64,000 nt of DNA from Eledone cirrhosa. Taxonomy: Eukaryota. The notes beneath the pieces are model-generated. The model made no database searches. It was not told where the DNA came from and worked only from the letters and a program-made list of their open reading frames with translations. The position numbers and the translations under genes were made by a program. This document shows positions 55,935-64,000 of the stretch, one piece after another; the first letter of the stretch is position 1, and each line of letters starts with the position of its first letter. The stretch is from the NCBI GenBank assembly GCA_964016885.1, contig OZ024754.1, positions 46,190,001 to 46,254,000 on the forward strand, read 5' to 3'.

Positions 55935-56960
55935 AATGGTACGCGATGGGGCCCACCCACAGCCCCGACGGGCAGAATGGAGAAGGGCGTTTCCCCGGAG
56001 GACGGTAAGGGAGACACGCTGGAAGAGCCACTCCAACTCGCGGGGCTCACACCTGCGGCTGGTCAGCTCAGCGCCTATGGTAGTGAGTAAGGAGGTAGCT
56101 CTGGGGCGGAGGTCACCAGAAGTCTCCACTGCCAGGGGTACGACCGCAAATCTGTCGGTGAGCGACCGGTATTTGAGGAGTTTGGCCCCCTCAACCAGAG
56201 TTGCAGCAGAACCTGGGTCAGTCGCAGACTGCACCAGGTTGGTTGCGGCTGCAGAAAGTGTCAGTACAAGTGGCATCCCAGACGAGGGGTTTGCCACCGC
56301 GGAACGGGAAGATGGTCATGCCATCTGGCCTTTTGCCGTCCCCTCGATCCAGCCCCACCGGCTCGAGCTGGGAAGGGAAGCCTGCAGCGTCCAAGCCACG
56401 CTTAATGACCTCGTTGAGGGCAGCATGGCGTGGAATGCGGCCGGCACTGTGGCGACAGGAAAGCAGGTGGAGGCCGAAAGAGTCCACGGTGGAACCGCAA
56501 TGACATTGGTGTGGCTGGCAGATCCGAAGGCCGAGTCTCAGGGAAACGCCGATGCGCAGGCTATGGTTGTCTAGCTGCGTGCCAGTGGAGAATGAAGGCA
56601 GGGCATGGAGCCAGGCACCACTGTGGGGTTTGGAGGCCGCATGAAAACAAGCAAGGCGGTGCTGGTCGAGCTGGCGCGTGAGCCTGTCTGAGGCCAGGCT
56701 GCACTGGATAGCATCCCAAGTGCGTTGGGGAGACTTGACATCAACAGGGGGAGAAGGAGGAGGGACGTCTACTGGGCTAACTCCCAGCCAGTCCCACGTC
56801 TCACTGGCAGCCTCACATTCTCTGAACACAGAGGGTCATGTTGTGTTTTGAAGAACCCTGCTGACGAGGACGCGGCACGAGGTTACCGACGAAAGATACG
56901 CCGGCAAAGCTAGTGAGATCGGGGACCGGAGGCTTTACCTGACAGGTAAAGTGGCCTGTT
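55935..56960 (-). mobile_element. 3' fragment of a CRE-like (restriction-like endonuclease) non-LTR retrotransposon, one frameshift
   Basis: SGAWL.ALP, C.CG..VD..GLHLLSC, RHAALN, GKRPDG, WDAT, then F..VPLAVETSG and FQRVSLTVLRGNA in the adjacent frame. Confidence 0.82.
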
Positions 56961-56996
56961 ATATTTGGAGTAGGGTTAGGCGTGCATTATATATAA

Positions 56997-57316
56997 GCAT
57001 AGAGTTACGGCCCTTTGTGGTCTGAGTTCAAATCCCGCCGAGGTTAACTTTGCCTTTCATCCTTATGGGGTCGATAAAATAAAGTACCAGTCACACACTG
57101 AGGTCGATTTAATCGACTTTCCCCTCCCCCCCAAAATTACTGGCCTTGTGCCTATATAAGAAACCATTATATATAAGCATAGAGTTACGGCCCTTTATGG
57201 TCTGAGTTCAAATCCCGCCGAGGTTAACTTTGCCTTTCATCCTTATGGGGTCGATAAAATAAATTACCAGTAATACACTGAGATAATTGCTGGCCTTGTG
57301 CCAAAAGTAGAAACAA
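56997..57316 (+). mobile_element. Tandem pair of identically 5'-truncated SINEs
   Basis: Both begin cattatatataagcatagagttacggcccttt. Confidence 0.82.
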
Positions 57317-57564
57317 TTATATATACATATACAGTTAATACCGATATTTATACCACATATATATATAGTTAACATAGGTACTCATTTCGAAAAAAACTTA
57401 TTTTCAAATTACATGGCTTATATTGGTTCGCTATTCTATACGTTTACCCTAAGATAATTAGAAGAAGAAAACAACTAAAATAGAAATAAGATAATTAATT
57501 TAGTAAATAAATAGACTTGATAACGATATGATGGATGACAGATGCGGAATTTAACTTTCGTTGT

Positions 57565-57630
57565 AAACGCGGGAAAGGAAACTACAAGGGGCGTGTCGAT
57601 TACACGTGACTGTTTTATCCAATCACAAAG
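57565..57630. promoter_or_regulatory. Candidate housekeeping-type promoter
   Basis: ACTACAA (57581), GGGGCG, E-box CACGTGAC (57603) and CCAAT (57619) cluster in CpG-retaining unique DNA. Confidence 0.45.
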
Positions 57631-57785
57631 TTTTGTCATTTACTTTTCATCTCTCCTCCTCCTAATTTTTCTATCATTCTAAAATGAAGAAATCGTTTGT
57701 TCATGTTGATAATTATTATACAAAGCTGAAAGTTTTCTAATTACATTTTCCCTCTTCCCCTTCATACATCTTCGACTTCTACGCG

Positions 57786-57812
57786 ATGCCATTTTCTTCA
57801 GACACTAATGAT
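57786..57812 (+). CDS. Candidate first coding exon (MPFSSDTND) of an unidentified gene
   Basis: gcgATG followed by a consensus GTAAGT donor at 57813, downstream of the promoter-like cluster. Confidence 0.35.
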
Positions 57813-60085
57813 GTAAGTTTCATACCGATCTTCGATTTTATCTCCATTTTTATTATTATTAATAATATCGTGTACATTACAATGTCTTCCACGTGGTCCC
57901 TTTCTTTATGGGGGCCACATGGAATAGATTCATGCAGTCTAATTAGACTAGAAAAAAAAAGAACTTTTTTTATTAATGACTATAATTACCACTCTTGTAA
58001 TTTAAAAGAATTATCTTGTTCGATTTGTGAACTATGATTTATATATATAAAATTAGTATTAAATATGGGTTACTCACATTTATGAAATTTTATTAAATAA
58101 ATCAAACGAGTTAGTGAAGAAAAATGCAAAATTGATTAAACACATCTAAATCAAAAAAATTAGTTTTAAAAAGCGATCGAAAAAGAATGTTTAATTAAAA
58201 ACTGCTTAAGCGTTTCTGAGAAGTTAAAATTTAAAATATATTTGAAAAACTATTTGCATTTACGACTGTTAAATGAAACTATTTTTATTGTTTGTGTTTT
58301 GTAAATTAATGATTTAATAAATAATCGCTAAGTACCAAACCGAAATTTATACTCAGGTCGATGTAAAAGCCAGTTTGACCCTCCTCGGGACAGCTGCAAG
58401 TCCAATGACCGAAACCAGTAAATTAATAATTTAGAAGAATCTAAAACCGAAGTAGTAGCTTTATGTTTTTATTATCGAAATACAACTTAGTTCTTGTAAA
58501 CAATTATTAGACTAATTCAAATAATAATTCCACCACTTTGTTCTATCTATAACGTTCTTATATTTGAATGTTTTTACCTACATGTGGGTTTTATTAAAGT
58601 TCAACGTAGAAGGCCATTAGACGGCGCCTTTCTTTTAAAAACAGGCAAATCAGTAGATTTTTAATTTTCATCATCCATCACCATATATATGTGTGTGTAT
58701 ACTTGGTGATAATCATATTTTGAAAATATTTAATTTTCTTTCGACTGATTAAAGTCAAATATTCAAACGTGAGTCATTGATTTCGTTTAAACCTTCACAA
58801 ATTATTTTTCATTTTATTTAAAACTAAATTTTTAATTTTTAAAGTATTTATTGATTAAATTAGTGATTGCATAAATTTTATTTAGCAATATACTCTTGAA
58901 ATTACAAATATTTTTTTAACTCGTAGATGGGGACTATTAAATTTCTAAACGATATTAAGAGTATTTTCACGAGTTTCTCATGAAAATTTATATTACGAAA
59001 AACCATTTCATCGATGTGTTGCTGTCAATACGTAGATATACAGTAAATGTTTTATATGGTTAAGTGGATAGTGCTAATAGTTTTTTGTTTGATCCGAATC
59101 GACAAGATCTCGGACCTAGGTAACAATGTTTCCATTGGTTTTTTCCAATTACTAATACTATCTAGTGGTCGCAACTCCTGGCAGAAGGAGCAACGTGAAA
59201 TAAAGTGTCTTGTTCAAGGAAACAACGCATCGCTCGGCCAAGGAATCGACCTCACGTGTGTGGATCCAATTCTCTAACCACTAAACGACGCTCCTTCAAT
59301 ATAAAAGACTATATTGTAATAAAAAGCCGTGTTTAGTCTTGTGTCTCTAAATAAGCTCCCTAACTCTGCTTTCAATTTATTTAGCATGTCCGCGTCTTGT
59401 TTCACTTACAGCCAAAAAATAAGCCAGCATTTACACAATTGTCACCACACAACCGATAGTTTATGGTCATTTTCCCAGCTAAAGCTGGGTGGGAGGGGGT
59501 AGTCTTGATGGCCCCGTCCATGGCAGTCTTCATACTCACCGCAAGGGTCATTTTGAGGCAATATTTTACAGCTTGGTGCTAATCTTTTTAGTCTGATCCA
59601 TACAAACATAAAGAATTCTCGAAAAATATCAACTTAATATTTCACACTGTGATTGTATGTATTAATAAAAACATTAAACTGGTTTTGTATAAATTGTGAT
59701 ACTTCTTGTAAATATATAGGTACACACTTGTAGCTGTGTGTGTTTAGATGTGTATGTAGGTGGAATGATATGGATACTCTTGTTTTAATACCAACTTCTA
59801 GGCTGTTGCCTTGCTAAGGCATCATTAGTACCTCTGTGTGTGTGTCTGTGTGTGAGACAGTTATTGCCTTTGGTGCACATGTAAATAATATATGAGTCTG
59901 TTAATATTACATTGGAATGATGTGTTGTGTATAACTTACAAACACTGGAGTATCACTAATCTTGTATAGTTGCATGGGATGACATTAAAATTCTTTACAC
60001 ACACACACACACACACACAGACTATATATATATGTATATAGTGACGAAACATAAGTCAATTGCATGAACTCATAATCCTTTATTT

Positions 60086-60141
60086 ACTGCTATATATATT
60101 TCGATGATAGCCATTGAATGGCTATGACCTCATCAGGCAAT
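60086..60141 (-). ncRNA. Minimal type-I hammerhead ribozyme
   Basis: Reverse complement reads attgc-CTGATGA-[atagccatt-c-aatggctat]-GAAA-tatata-TA-gcagt; lies between microsatellites. Confidence 0.7.
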
Positions 60142-60184
60142 TAGTTAGTTCTTAGATATGCCAGCTCTGTGTTTATAGTGTTGG

Positions 60185-60238
<54 letters not shown>

Positions 60239-62629
60239 GGTAGGAGAGCACAGGGCAAAGATAATGGGTAAACGGACAGTCCCATATCCTCAGGGATACA
60301 CACATATATAGTGTTTATTAATATCCACACATAACGTTATGCGTAAGAATATCAATAAATACTAAATTAGTTCTCTTCAATAGATTAAGCACCTTTTTCC
60401 TTATTCCTTCCCACGGACACTTTTGCTGCACACACACACACATAATCTCTATATGCATATAAGAGGTCTGTTATCAGATGTTTGCCGACTGTAATATATA
60501 CCAGTATATGTCGCATAACTTCATTATAGTGTGTAGAGGGAGAGAGATTTTAGTATCCATTACATCCATCTTACAGCTCATAGAAAGCTGAGCATAGTTA
60601 TATTTACATAAAAGGTTAAAACTTGAGAAATCATTAATATAATAGCTATGGGTACCGTTATTGACATTCAGGATGTCGAATGAATGAATGGCAAGGTTAA
60701 TACTAGTGTAGTTTTGAAATCAGAATGTGAAGGAGCTAAACTAAATACTGTAAGACATTCTGGTATTCAGTCTGACACTGCAGTACACTTTGTGGAGGAA
60801 ATATTGGTTTCTGATTTAGGCACAAGGCCAACAATTTTGGGAAAGGAGAAAGTCAATTAAATCAACTCCAGTGCATGACTGGTACTTTATTTTATTGACC
60901 CTGCAGCTAACCTCGGCAAGATTTGAACTCAGATTGTAAAGGGGTGTAACCGTATGCCATAAAGCATGTTGCTAACACTACGATACTGCTAATCCACCAC
61001 CCTTTTGTTATATAAAAATATCAATTACAGTAAATTGACAGTTTTTAGGGCAGGGGTCAGCAACCTTTTGGGGTGTGAGGGCCACATTGCTATGCAGTGT
61101 CTCGTCGGCAAGCCATATCAAAATATAATAAATTTGCTCAACCCCAGATAAACTTTGCTTTCCGTCCTTCTGGAGTTGTTAAACAACTTGATGCTTTGAG
61201 GTGGTACTATCTGGCAGAAGAAGGGAGCTGATTAGCAGATCAGACCAATAAAACTGTTTTCCATTGCTGATTCTGTCAGTCACAACTGACAAAAGGATTC
61301 CATGGTGGGGGGGTCAAAGTTTGGGTAACTTTGGTGTAACGTGTCGTTCTTCCTATGAAAAATAGTACCTGTAATATACTGGATTAAGTGTTACAGTTGG
61401 CAGGTATCAACCATTATAAACTTGTCTGGTCAAAAGAGACCTTCTGTTCCCTTCCATTACCATATTTTTAATGAAAGACACTATCTGTTATTTTCAAATA
61501 ATTTTGAAAATAAAAAATTTACAGAGATTTAATAATGTAACTAACTTTCAGAATATAAAGTTGGTGTTTAGTGTGGTGAGTTGGTAGTATTGCTAGAGTG
61601 CGAGTCAATCTGCTTTGCAGCATAGTTATGGTCCTTTGTGTTCTGTGTTCAAATCCCACTGTGGTTAGCTTTGCCTTTCATCCTTATGGGGTTGTTAAAT
61701 AAAGCACCAGTAATGGACTGGGGTCAATTTAATTGTAACCCTAACCCTTAAAACAGAAACCAATATTAAGTTGGTGTTTGGAACCTAACTTAAAGTTTCT
61801 TACATAAAATTATGATGGAAGGTTTTTAGATAAATATAAATGCCAATCTACTAGCCATCCCATCATGTTTATAACACAAGGATAAGACTGACCACAAAAC
61901 CAGAGGCTGACGTTGAAGGACATAGATTGATGACATCAAGTAAATCTTGGTGTCACTTCAAAATCACCACAGTGTAACTGATGTCTCTTCCCACAAAAGT
62001 ACAAGTAGAAATAGAACAAACAATTTTTTGTCATAGAAGCCGGAGTGGTTTGATATTAAAGAAGATTGAAATTAGGGTATATACTCGAATATAGACCAAC
62101 CCTCTATTTTATATCTGAGAAATAGGCAAAATCTAAATCCTGTTTATAAGTTGAGGCAGTTAATAAACACATTTCATTTAGATGGTGCAGTTTTGACTGG
62201 AGAATATATTTCTGAAGAGAAAGGCAGAGCTTGAATGATCTGAAGGAGAAACTGGTTTTAAGAGGAATTAGTATTGGTGTGCAAGAGAGAAGACTGACTG
62301 CATTGATACAGGCATGTGATGCTGGTTGCTGGGTGAAGAAGTGCCAAGAAATCCCAGTGGGAGGAAGCCACAGTAGCGGTAAACCAAGGAATACCTAGAC
62401 AGAGGTGATGAGAGCTGATCTCAAATCACTGAGACTCACAGAGGCAATGACAAAGGATTGCAATGTGTGGATAGATGCTGTGCTGAGAAGGACCCGTCCA
62501 AGCATGATAAAGCAGACATAAAAATGATGATAATGAAACACTTTAAAATAAACGGCTTTGCATAATAGAACCAGGTTTAGTTTCAGGTGGTTTAATATCA
62601 AAATGGTTAAAGATCTACTCCTCACATAA

Positions 62630-62837
62630 CCCTTTAGCATTTACATTACTCTATATTTACTATTGTATTTTCATAGTAAAGGCTTTAGCTCACATAATAT
62701 CGAATCTATGAGATTTTGATATTATTTATTTTGAGACCAATACCTTAACATCAGTAAGAGCAGCCAGTTACAGCCGGTTTGAACTGAAAGAAGTGAGAGA
62801 ATTCTGGCAGGATACAGCCAGTTTAAATGCTAAAGGG
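62630..62837. mobile_element. piggyBac-like MITE
   Basis: TIR ccctttagcattta/taaatgctaaaggg flanked by ATAA and TTAA. Confidence 0.75.
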
Positions 62838-63074
62838 TTAAAGTGTAACTACACTAAACTATTCCACACTACATTACTGTTCTGTACTTTTAGTGGTATT
62901 TTCCTAAACATTGGTACATATATCGGATAAAAAAGAAAAGTTATGCTATAGCTGTTGAATAAAAGCTGGGCTACTGATCACATGTGGACATGGATTTAAA
63001 TTTCCTATTACGCTCATTGTGTTGTGTTTCTAGACAAAGTTCAGAATTATAACACTGCTTGTTCCAACCAGTGC

Positions 63075-63628
63075 CTGGTCAACTTTAATCTGTCACCTGG
63101 TTGAACACCACCACCTGGGACATAGGTGTCTTTATCAGTGAGGGACCACTCTGTTGTTGAGTTGTAGACTTAATCTGTCACCTATTTTTGTACCAGCATC
63201 TGGGACATGGGTGTCTTTATCAGAAAAGGACTACTTTGTTGAGTGGTAGACTTAATCTGTCACTGGGAAGAGTCCACTGTGTTGTTGGGTGGTAGACTTA
63301 ATCTGTCACTGGGGAGAGTCCACTGTTGTTGGGTGGTAGACTTAATTTGTCGCTGGGGAGAGTCCACTGTTGTTGAGTGGTAGATATAATCTTTCACTAG
63401 GAAGGTCCACTGTGTTGTTGGGTGGTAGACTTAATCTGTCACTAGGGAAGGTCCACTGTGTTGTTGAGTGGTAGATATAATTGTTTCTCCTTTAGACAAA
63501 GGCCAGCAAATACCCAGTGCATTACTGGTACTTTATTTTATCGACCCCATAAGGATGAAAGGCAAAGTCAACCTCGGCGGGATTTGAGTGGTAGATATAA
63601 TGTCACTAGGGAAGGTCCACTGTGTTGT
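63075..63628. repeat. About 45-47-bp tandem repeat interrupted by a truncated SINE (63482-63583)
   Basis: gtggtagacttaatctgtcactgggRagagtccactgtgttgttg units; SINE TSD ttgagtggtagatataat at 63464-63481 and 63584-63601. Confidence 0.85.
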
Positions 63629-64000
63629 ATGCATTGAAGCTAGGTTTTGAATCTGAGAATAACTTGGTCCCCTCAGTCATGCTACCCCTTTCCTCACATA
63701 AAATAATCAAAACCGGTTTACTTTGTTTTAAACTGTTTATCATCATTGTTTTAACATCCATCTTTTATGCTAGCATGGGTAGGACCGGCTATCCCTTTGT
63801 GAGAAAATAGGTCAGGGGATCGTGGTTCGCTCACACAACTGATTTTGGCTTGGTTTCTACAGCTGAGTGCCCTTCTTAATGCCAATCACATTTACAGTGT
63901 GTTGTGGTTGCTTTTTGTTCTGACACCTACACTATCACTTTACAGTGTGAGCTGGGTGTCTTTTGTCGTGACACCTACACTCACTTTACAGTGTGAGCCG

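Noticed and set aside
55873-56574. Plus-strand 233-aa ORF
   Set aside because: Antisense shadow of the CRE-like coding sequence.
56965-56985. TTAGGG-like telomeric seed
   Set aside because: Fewer than two full units; not significant.

Overview
AT-rich, microsatellite-saturated eukaryotic genomic DNA. The repeat content (tRNA-derived SINEs with a GCCTTTCATCC..GGGGTCGATAAA core, vast (TA)n/(CA)n tracts) suggests an octopus/cephalopod genome; this is inference. The only confident host coding sequence is the last exon of a ZIP9/SLC39A9 zinc transporter (283-525). A probable promoter and first exon of another gene lie near 57.6-57.8 kb. The rest is a transposon landscape: many SINEs with TSDs, an RTE LINE fragment, a nearly intact 5'-truncated Tx1/L1-clade LINE, a CRE-like restriction-endonuclease retroelement fragment, a decayed Penelope-like element, two related solo LTRs, pogo-, hAT- and piggyBac-like MITEs, a Helitron and several minisatellites. 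The most notable unannotated signal is about a dozen minimal type-I hammerhead ribozyme motifs (CTGANGA..GAAA..NTH). Their helices differ in sequence but still pair. They sit in short non-coding units beside (TA)n tracts, often within long fold-back palindromes, consistent with Penelope pLTR-derived or retrozyme-like elements. Nearly all ORFs in the supplied track are microsatellite artefacts. All calls were made by eye and repeat boundaries are approximate.
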